Positions 12,141 through 27,076 are shown, numbered from the stretch's first letter. The stretch: 64,000 bases of DNA from Nemertoderma westbladi (GCA_032718475.1 JAUCBJ010007055.1:5385-69384), one strand, 5' to 3'. Made by a program: numbers and translations. The notes: generated by a model not told the origin, from the letters alone.

Positions 12141-13641
12141 AACTAGAGACGGCGTCAAGACGCCGTTAAGCAAGTCGGAAGTCGTCAATCAAAGGTAAGT
12201 TCCCTCAACAATGTTTACCTTTGTTCAGAAGGGAAGTGTTATTTATCTATGGTCAGAGAGAGATCCCACTCTGTAAGTTGGCAATTGCTCAAATCCATTC
12301 AGCTGAATGACTCAGTAGAGTAAACTAAAGTAAATTCCCTCAGCCTCAACAATGTTTGCCTATGGTGTGAAGGGAATCTGACAGAGAATAATCTTAGCCA
12401 CTAAATGTCATTCACCTAACAAAACATTTTGAATGGCACAGTGATTAACCCATTACAGATAATAAGCAGTTATTTTTATATTTCAAACTATAATGTTAGT
12501 GTAAGCCTTACAGAGTATCAGTATGAGGCTGAGTAAACATTCCGCCTTATAAGCATACAGCTTCCAATGAATTAATGTTGGCCAAAAGATTTAAAAATAA
12601 AATACAGTGCAATAGTACTCTGTAACCTACAGTCATTCAGCTTGCACTAAATATCAATCACCTATAAAACATTTAAACATTTTGAATGCCACAGTGTGTA
12701 ACCTGATACAGATAATAAGCAGTGATTTTTATGTTTTAAACTATAACGTTAGTGTTAGCCTTACAGTGTATCAGTATGAAGCTGAGTAAACATTCGCCTT
12801 ATAAGCATACAACCTCCAAAGTATTAATGTTGGACGAAAGATTTAAAAATAAAATAGAGTGCAGTACTGTAGTACTCTGTAACTAACAGTCATTCAGCTT
12901 GCACTAAATGTCAACCACCTATAAAACATTTTGAATGCCACAGTGATTATTAACCCAATACAGATAATAATAAGTGATTTTTATATTTCAAACTATAATG
13001 TTAGTCTTAGCCTTACAGAGTATCAGTATAAGGCTGAGTAAACATTCCACCTTATAAGCATACAGCCTCCACAGTATTAATGTTGGCATTAATGTAGCCG
13101 ATACACTGTATACCTAATAGTCATTCAGCAGGGGGAAGAGTTATTCAGCTGAGGCAGTAATAGATTGCAAACTAAACCAACCAGTTGGCAGCCTCATCGA
13201 TTTATACTAAGCCTGTGTAGAACCACAAACTAAATCAACCAGTTAATATTTGCTTTGACAGAGAGTGCAGGGCCTAAACAAACAGTATGGGTGTACTGAG
13301 TACAATAATCTTGGCAACCTCATCGATTTATACTAAGCCTTGTGTAGAAATGCATTACATAAGCCATTTTTCATCAGGACACCAGCTGTCATTGGTGTTA
13401 TTTTACCATTGCGCCTAAGGCGTTTTTTCGTTTATCTCTATTTTTCGAGCCCAGAGGCTATGGACGGAGTAGCCGATCATACCAGGGACCTTAGAATCGT
13501 GGTATCTAGTCGCTGTGAAAATTTCATCAAATTCGTTAGAGTAGTTTTGGCTGTAGATCAGTCAGTCAGTCAGCCAGTCAGCCAGCCAGTCAGCCAGTCA
13601 GTCAACAATTCTTACAGTAATCAAGTCTAACGACTTGCTAA
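12141..13641. mobile_element. Non-autonomous Helentron-like element (HINE/DINE-1 architecture)
   Basis: Terminal hairpin ACGGCGTC-AA-GACGCCGT (12149-12166). Subterminal inverted repeat AGCAAGTCG (12169) / CGACTTGCT (13631). (CAGT/CAGC)n microsatellite at 13559-13604. Three internal repeats of about 250 bp (12400-13130). Confidence 0.75.
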
Positions 13642-13770
13642 TAAATTAGAGTTCCTGGTTTCAAATCTCAGTGCCTGGTTTTTTAATTGGCGTTCCCACT
13701 TACAAATTTGTGTACCTGGGATGGTTACAAATTTTAGTTCCTGGTTACAAATCAGTATGTTTCCTACTAC

Positions 13771-13862
13771 TTTACTACTAGGATCGGCACGCTGCATTTT
13801 TAAGAATGCTGTACCGGCTTATCGACAAAATTGCGCCGCCACAACTCCCTATCACCCATGAC
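13771..13862 (-). mobile_element. Short 5'-truncated 3' end of the RTE family seen at 56817-59640
   Basis: ACTACTAGGATCGGCAC...TTTAAGAATGCTGT...GCGCCGCCACAACTCCCTATCACCC matches 56818-56913, including the (TAG)n tail. Confidence 0.85.
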
Positions 13863-14641
13863 ACTTCCAGGATCTAAACTCACATCTAGGATCTAAATTC
13901 GTGTTTAGGATCTAAGTTCGCTGCCAGGATCTAAGTTCAGATCTAGGTTCTAAGTTCACATCTAGGATCTGTGTTCATGTTCCTTTCGGATCTAAGTTCA
14001 TATTTAGGATCTAAGTTCGCTTCCAGGATATAATAATTCATATCTAGGATCTAAGTTTGCTTCCAAGATCTAAGTTCTCCTATAGGATCTAAGTTCGTGT
14101 TTAGGATCTAAGTTCGTGTTTAGGATCTAAGTTCGCTTCCAGGATCTAAGTTCAGATCTAGGATCTAAGTTTGCATTCAGGAAGTTCATATCTAGGATCT
14201 AAGTTCGCTTCCAGGATCTAAGTTCACATCTAGGGTCTATGTTCACGTTGCTTTCGGATCTAAGTTCGTATCTAGGATCTAAGTTCGCTTCCAGGATCTA
14301 AGTTCGCTTCCAGGATCTAAGTTCGCTTCCAGGATCTAAGTTCATATGCAGGATCTAAGTTCGCTTCCACCATCTAAGTTCGGATCTAGGTAAGTTCGCT
14401 TCCAGGATCTAAGTTCACATCTAGGATCTATGTTCACGTTGCTTTCGGATCTAAGTTAGTATCTAGGATATAAGTTTGCTTCCAGGATCTAAGTTCACAT
14501 CTAGGATCTATGTTCACATTGCTTTCGGATCTAAGTTCGTATCTAGGATCTAAGTTCGTATCTAGGATATAAGTTTGCTCCCAGGATCTAAGTTTGGATC
14601 TAGGATCTAATTTCACACACTTCCAGTTCGCTTCCAGGATG
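13861..14641. repeat. Minisatellite with 19-20 bp unit (AGGATCTAAGTTCGCTTCC / AGGATCTAAGTTCATATCT variants)
   Basis: GGATCTAAGTT recurs about every 19 bp over roughly 780 bp. Confidence 0.93.
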
Positions 14642-15007
14642 TAACTTGATGTTAAAGTGATTTGAGACTGACAGACAGAAACAAGGTTTCAATAGTGCAT
14701 CTCTTATCTAAGCTTGATAACTTCGTGGTTCGCCCCACTCCACTACTGCCCTTGCTTGGATCCACAGAATTAATGTACAAATCATCTCCAATTGCATTAA
14801 TTGCAATATATTTCATTTAACCGGAATTTATCGCCGGATTTATTAAAATAGAGGTCCAGTAATCCAGTAAAATAATATCATAATATACAAATATACGCGA
14901 ATAATAATTATTACAGACACAAATCAGTATTATTATATTATCATATAAAAATAAATGTAGAAAATAAATACACACAATTAATTATGCACAATATACAGGG
15001 AGAAATA

Positions 15008-16900
15008 GCCGTACTCATGTTTTGAAAGCTGAGTGGCTTTTGTTCACAATGTGGGAGATCAAAGTTTCCACTAAGTAACCATTAGGGTTCAATGGGCCTC
15101 ACAAAGCCATTGAATACGATATCGTATATCCATACGACACGTTAACTTATCCTAAAGGTCACCAATAGGAGGAGCTTCCGGTTGACGTCACTCCTTTGAT
15201 CACAATCGGGGCCAAGCATCAAGAACTCGAACCAAAATACGGCTCGAGGTCAAACTTAAGCCAACCAATAACAGTAGGTCCCCAAACGGAAAACCGACTG
15301 CCATGGCCAGAGGTACCACCCTCTCCGCCACAGTGAAATCAGGGCACACAGAATCCAAGGAAGCTCGGTTGGGTGAGGACTGGCTTCCAACCATGCCTAT
15401 GCAAGGGCCGAGACCCATGCACTTTAATTATAACATCACCTCGAGTTCTGTGTACGCCAAACTGCACATTGAAACGATAATGATAATCAACACAAATACC
15501 ATCATATGAATCGTCTCAAACCCACTTAACATGAATGAAGATGTCCACATATTTTGCATTGCTAACATTTTAACTTATAATTAATTTAATCAGAATTGAT
15601 TTAATCTAATCGGAAATTGCAAACATACAGAAAATAATAATTTAATTTAAATTATTTATTTGTGCGATTGTTTATTTTTATTACCATTTAATAATTATTC
15701 GCATTATATTTCTGAAATATATATTTTATGAACAAAAATTAATATTTTTGAAAGGTTACCGATGATAATGTTGAAATTTTGGAATAAAATATATTACTTT
15801 TAGCGGGAAACTTCCTTGAGCCAGGTCTAAGCCAATAATAATACAAGCACAATCTTAGCGCGTCTAAAGATTTTTTGTTACTTCTGTTTGCACAAATTTG
15901 GAAATCGTAAATTTTTACTTACATTGAGATGGATCATTTTGATAAGGATGCTTTCATTCATATAAAAGTGAGATAATTCACAACCTTGACCCGGCACGAC
16001 AAGGAGTGAGCTAAAATGCCGTACTCATGTTTTAAAAGCTGAGTGGGCTTTTGTTCACAATGGGAGATCAAAGTTTCCACTAAGTAACCAATAGGTTCAA
16101 TGGGCCTCACAAAGCCATTGAATACGATATCGTATATCCATACGACACGTTAACTTATCCTAAAGGTCACCAATAGGAGGAGCTTCCGGTTGACGTCACT
16201 CCTTTGATCACAATCGGGGCCAAGCATCAAGAACTCGAACCAAAATACGGCTCGAGGTCAAACTTAAGCCAACCAATAACAGTAGGTCCCCAAACGGAAA
16301 ACCGACTGCCATGGCCAGAGGTACCACCCTCTCCGCCACAGTGAAATCAGGGCACACAGAATCCAAGGAAGCTCGGTTGGGTGAGGACTGGCTTCCAACC
16401 ATGCCTATGCAAGGGCCGAGACCCATGCACTTTAATTATAACATCACCTCGAGTTCTGTGTACGCCAAACTGCACATTGAAACGATAAATCGTGTCATCG
16501 TCTCAATGAATCGTCTCAAACCCACTTAACATGAATGAAGATGTCCACATATTTTGCATTCGCTAACATTTTAACTTATAATTAATTTAATCAGAATTGA
16601 GTTAATCTAATCGGAAATTGCAAACATACAGAAAATAATAATTTAATTTAAATTATTTATTTGTGCGATTGTTTATTACCATTTAATTATTTGCATTCAA
16701 TTTCTGAAAAATTAACCTTTAAAAAGCTAATTTAACAATGCTAGGGCGTCTAAACATTTTTTTGTTACTTCTGTTTACACAAATTATGATTCCTTAAAAT
16801 TATACTAACATTGAGTTGTATCAGTTCGTTGTGGGTGGTATCATTCATATAAAAGTGAGATAATTCACATTCACAGCCTTGTCCCGGCACGACAAGGAGT
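15008..16900. repeat. Tandem duplication of about 1.0 kb downstream of the RepHel gene
   Basis: GCCGTACTCATGTTTT at 15008 and 16018. The GC-rich 470 bp are nearly identical, the AT-rich tails are more diverged, and both copies end near CCCGGCACGACAAGGAGT. Confidence 0.92.
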
Positions 16901-17222
16901 GTTCTACAGTAAATGCACCAAAATAATATCAAACTTACAAATACGACACATATTATATTAGGCCATATATACACGTGGCAATATATATGCCATATACAAT
17001 AATATGTCGCAATTCGTAAGAATACAATATGTTAATTAAAATAAATATAATAATTAGGATTTGGCCTCCCCTACTCCCCTACAGCCAATCCCATGAAATT
17101 CCCATTCCCATGTTGAAGTTTCTGACTTACTATTATCCGGCAGCCAGTTTGATTTCGGACAGTATGCTTGTTTCCATGGTAACGCGTAATAGAACCACAG
17201 AGACAGCCCCTTTGGGTCCCCG

Positions 17223-18031
17223 TTATAGCAGGAACTCGTTGGGTAACTGCCCGGCCACGGATTTTATCCGATCTATTTCAGCCAACTGTTCGGCCGTGGG
17301 CTTACACCGGCGCCGGATGGTTTCATCGATCGGGAACAGTAAGTACAGTCCCTTCTTTAAGCGAACTCTAGAGAACCCCACATAGGATCCTTGGCCGTTA
17401 AAGCCACTGAAGCGCTCCGCATTCCACTGCCCAATGATTAGGACAATGAGTGTCAGACCTTGGACTTTGTATACAGTTAACGAATACGCTGGAGACATGG
17501 GTATCTGACGCATATTCGTTATACGGAATTGTAGGTGTTGTCCAAGTTTAATCGATATACCCTTAATGACGATTGGTGACAGTGGGAAATAACCATCAGG
17601 GATGTTTGGAAATGAAATAGGGCACTTGGTAAACATGGGTTCCAGAATAACAAAGTCAGGTAGACAGGATGCGCGCTTCACCATCTTGAGATGTCCGGGA
17701 GCATACGGTTCATCGGTAAAAGTCGTACCATGGGGAAACTGAACTCCTCTGACGAACGCCAAAGTTCCGTTAGCTACGCCAAGTTCCACCGCAACGTTAG
17801 AACTGACCATAACTGGCATGTCGAGGAAAATATCTAACAACGGTGGAAGGCCATCACATTGGTCATCGCGTATGTATTTCATGATGCCTGGAAGTCCACC
17901 AGTCATTACTGCCTGAATACGAACAATATCCAGTCCCATAGCCCCAACAAGTTTACTGTTGATAGCTACACGGCAGGCATTGGTAGAAACAACAACGGGG
18001 GCGAATGATCCAATTACCTCGTTCAAATGAT
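17223..18031 (-). CDS. RepHel exon 7 (Pif1 helicase C-terminal motifs)
   Basis: Acceptor TTCCAG|AT. Contains PVMVSSNVAVELGVANG, RQIPMSPAYSLTVYKVQGLTL and YVGFSRVR; TAA stop at 17223. Confidence 0.93.
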
Positions 18032-18427
18032 CTGGAATTTAACAAATACAAATTTTGATCGACTGTAACTGACAATATTATGTAAACGATTCGCGAAAAA
18101 AATTTCAAAAGAAGAGTATTATCGTTCTAGAATAGTAATTATATTATATTAATAAATAGCTAACACGCTAGAACAATAAGAATATTATTCATGAACATAT
18201 TCTAGCTAGAATAAACATCACAATTAAGAAAAGTAATTATATCTACAAATATGCGGACAAAAAGTAATTATCCAATCAAAATTCCAAAAATACTGTTGTA
18301 AATTATTGTGGGAAATTTTTCTACGTGATTATTTCTGCTTTCAATTAATATTTTGACTTCAGCGTTATTTTTTGTACTTGTACGGTCTTTTTGCATTGTA
18401 CAACCTGCATGTAAATACATTAGATAC

Positions 18428-18518
18428 AATGACAAAACAAATGTCACAATAACAAAACAAATGTCACAATGACAAAACAAATGTCACAATGACAAAACAA
18501 ATGTCACAATGACAAAAC
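18428..18518. repeat. Short tandem repeat (AATGACAAAACAAATGTCAC)n, 20-bp unit, about 4.5 copies
   Basis: Directly visible in RepHel intron 6. Confidence 0.85.
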
Positions 18519-19604
18519 ACCGTAAGTCTGTAGTGGCGGTGTTTTTGCATTGTATAAATTTATGCATAAATTGTGGGGGGGGGGGGGGGGGGTTTAATTT
18601 GTACAGTAAATAACTCAAAAGTGGTTTCATAAACAAAAAAACTTGGGAGCGGGGAAATATTATGAAGTAAAAAAAACTGACCGAAATTTGTCGAGGTTTA
18701 TTAAATTACCTGTCATATGAAGCGAAAATTAAAAAAAACAGGTTAAATGGCAGAGGAGTAGTGTTTGTTTGCGTGAAAAATTACTTTCCGAGAAAATTGC
18801 CTTGAAAGTTTAAACATTGCCACTCCAAACTGCCCATATGGGGTTTGGTTGGTTAATAATGTCTGGCATGAAGGAAGTTACATCACAGAGCTATAATTTT
18901 CATTATGGTGGTTTTGAGGTCCGTAAATTTCATAACCAATGTCATTTTTTATGTTCGATAGAATCTAGTCTCTTTGACTATTAATTGGTCAGCCTCTGGC
19001 GGGACTTAACATTATAACGTTTTTACATTTTGATCTCGCTTAAAGCACTTAAAGGTAACATTTTAAAGAAATATTAAATGGTAGCTACTTGTGCTCAATG
19101 TACCTTTAACTTCCAATAATTGTATTTATTATTATTCATAATTAATATTAGAATATTCTAAATGTGGGTTGATTTTGGGCAAAAAGTGTCTTTTGTCTGG
19201 ATTTTTGCGTAAAATTCACTTCATAAAAAGTGAATTTTTAAAAGAAAACAACATCTTCTACAAAAACATTATTCTGTACATAGGGAACTCCTCCAAGAAC
19301 AAAAAGTAAAACTTTTTTAACTATTCACGAGGTATTTTATTAACCGACCGAGACTAAATTAAAAAAATTAATAAAAAGTCGAGGAATAAAGAATAATATT
19401 GTTCAACTTCTATATAATTCATAATTAATTGTATTCTAAAACTGGTATTCTTTCGTGGCTTAATTTATTAATCGTATTTTTGCTTTTTCTCCTAATTTTT
19501 GGGGTATATTAAAGCGAAAAATTAACAATAAAAGAATAAAGAAATTTTGAACAAAAATCAATACTTTTTTACCAGTCTACAAAACGGTTGTTCAATTAAC
19601 ATAC

Positions 19605-21758
19605 CTGCATCGGTAACGACTCTCTCATTGATAGAGTCAATGCTTTCTGCAGACCAAACGCCTTGGCGAGCATCGGAAAGTATATTTCCCCATTCAGGGT
19701 CATCAATATGACGCCAATTCTTCTTAAGTTCGACGATAACATCAAACTTCAACCATAACTCCCTTCCAGATAGCTTCTCAAGTGTGGGGCAATCTGCGAG
19801 TGTCGCATGTACTCTAGTCAATGGCGTGGAGCAGACGCTAGGTAGCTGTAGAAAGTCCCCACAACAGACAACATGGAAACCGCCAAAGATGGATTCCTTC
19901 TCATCCGATATTTTACATAAGGTAGAGTTAATCTTTTCGAAGAGATTTGCTCCCACCATGGATATCTCGTCGATGATGATGAGAATTACTCCATCATAGC
20001 ATTTTCTTAAAGCTGTAAGTTGACGGCGTGAAAGAAGTTTCTGACCCCCACGGGAGACTGGTATGTGCAGGGATCGATGTATTGTACTTCCTCCAATGGA
20101 AACAGCACTGATTCCAGTTGGAGCCATAATCTTTACAGCTCCGGGTTTCCACATGTCTGTTAGTTTTTTCACCGCGTTTATCACGCGGCTTTTCCCTGTT
20201 CCCCCTTCGCCAGACAGGTGCATTCGTAACTGGGAATCAGAAGTCCCACAGATACCCTTGAGAAGAGCTTTGCCAATAATGCGAAAGGCATCCAGTTGAT
20301 CTCCAGTCAATCCTTCAACCTTCGCCACATTATTTAGGTCGGGGCAAATTGCAGTTCCTTCTTTAATTGAAGTCATTGCCTGTGGTGACAACTGAATATC
20401 TGGGGAGAGGGCATACTCCAGGCGTTCTAGAACAGCCTGTCGTGTAGGAAAGTTATCATTCAAACTGCCGACAATGGTTTGAGGATTATCAACCTGAATC
20501 ATGTGGTTGTCGATAGCCTCCTGGATATCCGCCAATGAGGTCCGAGAGCCGTTAACGGAAGTCGCTTGATGCCAGTTTGAGTTTGGTTGGGCTTCCGCTG
20601 AAGGTAGTTGGGTGTCATTCACAGCATCACTTCCAAATCCCAACGACTCGAGGACTCCGACTTCGGGGACATCTTTGGCAATTAACCGGCTAATATGCAG
20701 AGTTGATAAACCAATATCGGCATTGTCTTCATCCTCATCTGAATGACAATTTGGGTTGTTATCCATTTCTTGTTCAGCAGTTGGATTATCGTTGTCACAA
20801 CCATCATCATTCTGCGAGGAAAGATCTCTCAGTACGCGTTGTTGTTCATTGGCTTCCTCCTGTCCAATGTAATACTGCTGCATGTGTTCTAACAACAGCG
20901 GTATAGAATCAGCTCCATGCCAAGATGACATCGTATCCCACCAAGATTGACCATTTGAAGGAATGAGGTCGTGTGAAGATCGGAAAGGCTTGGTCAGGAT
21001 TAAGGCAAGTTGAGCGTATTTATCATGTTCCAATTCATTCCGTCTATCAGGCAACCGCGGGCCAATTATATCCGGAATTACATTGGTTTTTCGTTTAACA
21101 ACGCCGTGAGTCAATCGTTGTAGGTGTAGAATTCGGAATTTGAGAACTTCACCTGTTTTCCCCGCAATAGAGACCTTCTCATACTGCTCCACAAACTCAT
21201 ACAGACTAACGTTGTCGAGTCCATCAGGGCGGTTGCAGTAGTCTTCCCACTGGGTGACTGATAGGTATTCCCCAGTTTGGCGATCTCTTTCAAGCAGGGT
21301 CTCATATTCCTCCTTCTGAAGAATCGCATATGCTTGCGATAGGAGCAACGTTGAAAACCTATGTGATACATATGTTAGTTGCCCCTTCCGTTCGATAAAG
21401 AAGGCAGCGAGAGGTGCAGATATTTCCTGTTTGCTACTGATCGTATAAACAATGCTGTTAATCAGTTTCGCAGCAGCAGCGTGGGAACGAGACGTATTTA
21501 AGTCTTCCAAGGCTTTCTTTCTATCGAACGCTGCTAGGATCATCGCAGTCTGACTCTCCACACTTTGCTGAGACTTCGTGACATATTTAACAACATAAAA
21601 CGCCAGAAGTGAACCAGCTGCACCAATGAGAATTCTGCAGTCATGATTACAACGAAGCAGCTCGAGTAAAACAGGAACATAAGAGTTTATATATTCGTTT
21701 CCTATGACTCTAGCGTGTTCCACTTGACCATCTTCGAAGGTAGTAATCTCCACTGGTC
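19605..21758 (-). CDS. RepHel exon 6 (Rep catalytic tyrosines and Pif1 helicase motifs I-IV)
   Basis: Acceptor GTACAG|GA. Contains RCNHD, YVVKYVTK, GEGGTGKS, APTG, GSTIHR, IIDEISMV, GDFLQLP and LKKNWRH. Donor CAG|GTATGT, phase 1. Confidence 0.95.
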
Positions 21759-22825
21759 CTGTACAAAATAATGATAAACAATAACATATTAATATTAATT
21801 AATGTATGGCAAACTTTTAGTATTTTCATTCTACATTTAAATTCCCCTTGATATTCATTATTAATAATAAAAATATAAAAATAATATTAAATATTAAGAT
21901 AAAAATATTAAATTTGCGAGAAAATTATTACACTCGCGAGAAAATTATTAAACTCGAGAGAAAATCTCGCGAGATAAGTTATTAAACGCGCAGATATGTT
22001 TTCATTTCTTTCAATCTTAATTATTTATCTCGCGAGATTAATAATTTTCTCACGAGTTTAATCATTTATTTCGCAAATAATTAGAAGAATATCAAGGGGA
22101 ATTAAAATGTCGAATAAAAGTATGCCATATTAACGTCATGTACATTAATAGGCCTGTCAAACAATAACATTTTACTTGCGGAAATTACCTGGGGGGGGGG
22201 GGAGGTTGACCTCCCCACACCCCCCCCCCCCCCCCCCCCCCTTTCGAAATTCAAGAAATATGTACTCGAAAAATACATGTTTTCAAAAAGACAAAATATC
22301 ACAATTGATAGATAACAATCTCAACTATACTAGGTTTTCCGGCATGCTGAATTCGATGGTTACATTTTCCAAGTGTTTAAATTTTGCTAGGGCCTTCTAC
22401 CGGGATACGGATCCACTGGTTGATTTTAGGGCACCGAACTGCACGAAAAATACAAGTAGCATATTTTTCAAACAGACTAAATTTCAGAATTTTTCGTTAA
22501 AAATGTCAACTACTTGGTTTTGCGGCGTTGAGAATTCGATGGTTACATTTCCCAACGGTTTAAATACGGTGCAGCATGACAATTACAAGTAGATATTTTC
22601 GCTAATCACGTGGGGCCGAAAATTACCCTTCGCATGTCTGAGTGACCCTACAACATGTTTCATCGTATTCAGCGCCCCAGAAAACACATATAAACCAAAA
22701 TTGGAATATTAGTAACATTACAATCTGTAAGTAACAAGTAATGTAAAGTTTACAGCTATAGGGCGAAGCGAGCTTAGAAAATTTTACACTTTTTCACAAA
22801 TTTTCGCTTATCAAACTTGTCCTTT

Positions 22826-23050
22826 GGGGCGAGCAACGCAGTCAGGGCCAGCCTTAGCGCACAATTATAATTAGTGAATAGGGCAAAATCACATGTCCGT
22901 CTGACTGTCCGTCTGTATGAAAAATTCATTCGTAAATAACTTTTGAAGATTTTAACCATTTTCAACCAAATTATATATGGGCGTACTAGAGAAAAAGTTG
23001 ACAATATTTTTTAAAGTTACGGGCAAATACCTATCGAACTTTTGATTACA
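22826..23050 (+). mobile_element. HINE-like fragment in RepHel intron 5, with a related copy at 34765-34912
   Basis: Both share ACGCAGTCAGGGC(C/A)AGCCTTAGCGCACAATT...(TGTC)n...GAAAAATTCATTCGTAA(A/G)TAACTTTTGAAGATTTT. Confidence 0.65.
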
Positions 23051-23153
23051 GATCAAATCGAACTTGTTTCGAACTAATAATTATTTTTTAGAAGAACCTA
23101 TGAATTATAAATATATTTCAAAGTTAAATAAATATAGTGCAATAAGTACTTAC

Positions 23154-23941
23154 CCCTAGGGAATTGGAATCGACATTGGGAACCAGAAGTAATCGCAGAT
23201 TTCTTGGTGCAAGAAGCGCGATGCCGCCAATCATGTAGATTTACACGTTGAGCAATAATGCTCGATATAATCTGAGCCGCCACAGTCCCACTTTCAGTAG
23301 GGCGACACTGTTGTGGAGGAGTAGAATTGTTTAGAATCACCTGAACCTCTCCGTCAGTTAGTTGGATTGATTCTTCAACAGAACGACGTGTAATGGCAAT
23401 AGAGAGCAGTTCGGACGCAGTAAACTTGGTGCCGCAAACGGAACAGGAAGCGACAACTGGTTCAGATGAATTGCCAAACGACCGTTTACTCGCCGATACA
23501 GGTATTGCCACAGGTTCAAGAGAAACTGCGCAATTGTGACACTTCGATGTATCGATTGGAATGGATGTCTTTATAACAGTGTCGGCGAACTCAATTAACT
23601 TTCCCTTAGAATCTGAATCCAGATCTTTAAACTGTTGCGAAGTGGCTGGGAAACCGTGAATCCAGATAAGGGAATGTAGATGTAAGGCGCCACGGCCTGC
23701 AGTTTCGGGAACAGCAAAGAAAGCCTTCGTATGGCCGAAAAGGCCACGTTCATTCCCGCTCTCGTTAGCCGAGTTCCATCCGAGAACATTGCGAATGAAG
23801 TGGGTGACCAAGCGATCGAAATACTTTGCCGCCGCGTGTGGGTTCTTACCGAGCGCTGCAAACCGATCCGCGGGTGTAGGGAAGACATCCGTATCGTTGA
23901 ACTGAACAGATATATCCTTCCCATTAGACGCCTCTGCATAT
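23154..23941 (-). CDS. RepHel exon 5 (HUH motif)
   Basis: Acceptor TTTCAG|A. Contains KNPHAAAKYFDRLVTHFI, ETAGRGALHLHSLIW and HDWRHRASCTK...CRFQFP. Donor G|GTAAGT, phase 1. Confidence 0.92.
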
Positions 23942-24811
23942 CTGAAAAGTAAAATAAAAATATAAAAATTATTAGTTATTAATAATAATATAATAATAAT
24001 AATAATAGTAATACATATATATTTAATATAGAATAGCGCTTATTAAATAACCCACTCATAACGGATTGACACCAAAAAGTGATCAGGGAGCGAGTGAAAC
24101 ACGATAGTAAAGTAGGCTAATTGGTACAAATGTGTATCACGGAGGGAGGGAGGGGGGGGGGGGGGGGGGTTGTTTCGCAAATTGAAATTGCTGCATAGTA
24201 AATCTGCCATACGTTACCTGATGCATCTCCAGATTTGTTGGCTACGGTAATATAGCCGAGACTGAAATGTAAAGAATTTTAGAGGCTAGAAAAATAATTA
24301 TTTTATGCTTATCAATTTAATTGATGAATATAATATTTTGAAACATTCCATAAAAATGTTACACTTTTATTTAACAAAACTTAATTAATATACAGGTTTT
24401 TCATCACCATTCCATTGGTCATTCTGTAAAAATATCGTCACATTGTATGCAGGCGCAGTGGTTCAACAGTTACTCATAGACGAAGTTATATATGGCGCCA
24501 CCTTTCGCCAAACCATGAATTACATGACGCCAGAAACTTATTAATTTAATGAAATGAAAATTTTTCTCAACTATATCAAATTTCAAAGAAATCGCTGAAC
24601 TGTTGCTGAGCCTGATACCGGTATTGGCGTCCAATCATTGAGTCAGACAGACAGACAAACGGACAACGCCGATAACTGTATGCTAATGCAATGCTCATTT
24701 ACTTAGTGGCTCGCCCCACATTTTAGGAATAAATGCACACTATGTCCTGGTTTATAGTGTCTCCGTAATCCAGGTACACCACCCCCCAACTTTAATTAAA
24801 TATAAACTAAC

Positions 24812-25392
24812 CTGAAAACCGCAAGGGATCCCATTTCGTTAGGAGCAACGGTGAGGAACAGATGTGGGTTACCAAACTTAGTTATCAGGTTGTATAACTT
24901 TCTCCGCTCCTGTGTTCGTTGCTCATCGGATCCCCATTTAGTTCCCGAGACTATCTTCACGTGAGTCATCAACGATCGCGCGTTCCCTGAGTTATTAACG
25001 GTTTCATTACGCGACTTATCGAGGAATTCTTTGAGTTCATCGCGTGTAACCGAGTTAATATTCGCACAAACCCCAGGGAATTTCCGCAACCGTAAAGACG
25101 TATTACTCAGTGCCTGTTCGCGGGACAGAATGTCAAAAACCCGGAGGACAGATTCCGAATCGCTAAACTGTTGGGTCGATAACCGGAGTAGATGACGAAA
25201 TCCTTCGACATTCCCAACGCCTGCGATGTCCCCCGGGTCGCCATAACCGAAGGGAAACTGCTTGGCGAACATTAGCATCCGAGTCTCTGAATTCCAGTCA
25301 GACAGTAAATGTGAACTGCGCCGTAAGACAAGTTCATCGTCACATCCCCCCATTCGTTGTAACATCTGCGCTTGCGTTGCAGATTGCGTCAC
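24812..25392 (-). CDS. RepHel exon 4 (Helitron_like_N, Rep motif I region)
   Basis: Acceptor TTGCAG|GTG. Contains QFPFGYG and GTKWGSDEQRTQERRKLYNLITKFGNPHLFLTVAPN. Donor AG|GTTAGT, phase 2. Confidence 0.9.
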
Positions 25393-26095
25393 CTGCAAAT
25401 ATAATTAACCAAAAAAACATAATTAAAAAATCATAAAAAATTTATCAAAATATTTCAAAATAATTTGTAGCAACAATCGTCGTATCAATTAATAAGCGAC
25501 AGATTAGATCTGCAAAAATAAATATATAATAAAGAGCAAATAGTTGTCCCATGATAAGTATGGGGACGTTCATAAAGTATGTCAAGCAAATTTCCCCGAT
25601 TTTTGACACCCACCCCCCCCCCCCCCCTCCCATATCTGTCACAAAGTGTCACGCAAGCTCAGCTCCCCCATCTGTCACAATAGTAAATTTGTAATACACA
25701 CTCCCGTGACAATAAAATATTTTATGTCAATAATACACAATGCTTGAAGTCAAGTGTTCATCTATATATTAATAACATAGGTACCTATTACAGAGTCGGA
25801 GTCAATGGATGCTATGTCCTCCCCAATAGTGGCGGGTGGCGTTAAATATTCATCAGCTGCGCCATATACGGCTCCATTATGTACTTTAAACAATGTTTTA
25901 GACGCGAAATAAATGTTGCAGACCTGGTCTTAACATACTCGTTAGAACAGTACTGAGTATAATGATGGACAGTATGAATCGTAGGAATTGATTTATATTC
26001 AAAATAATTTTATGAAGCAGCTTTTTATATCTAGGAACTGCAACTGCCTGAATTATGAATATTGAAGGAAAGTTATGCATTTTTGTAATAAATGA

Positions 26096-27076
<981 letters not shown>

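Noticed and set aside
15200-16529. Duplicated 68-72 aa ORFs as genes
   Set aside because: No recognisable domain, they overlap on both strands, and their identity follows from the DNA duplication.
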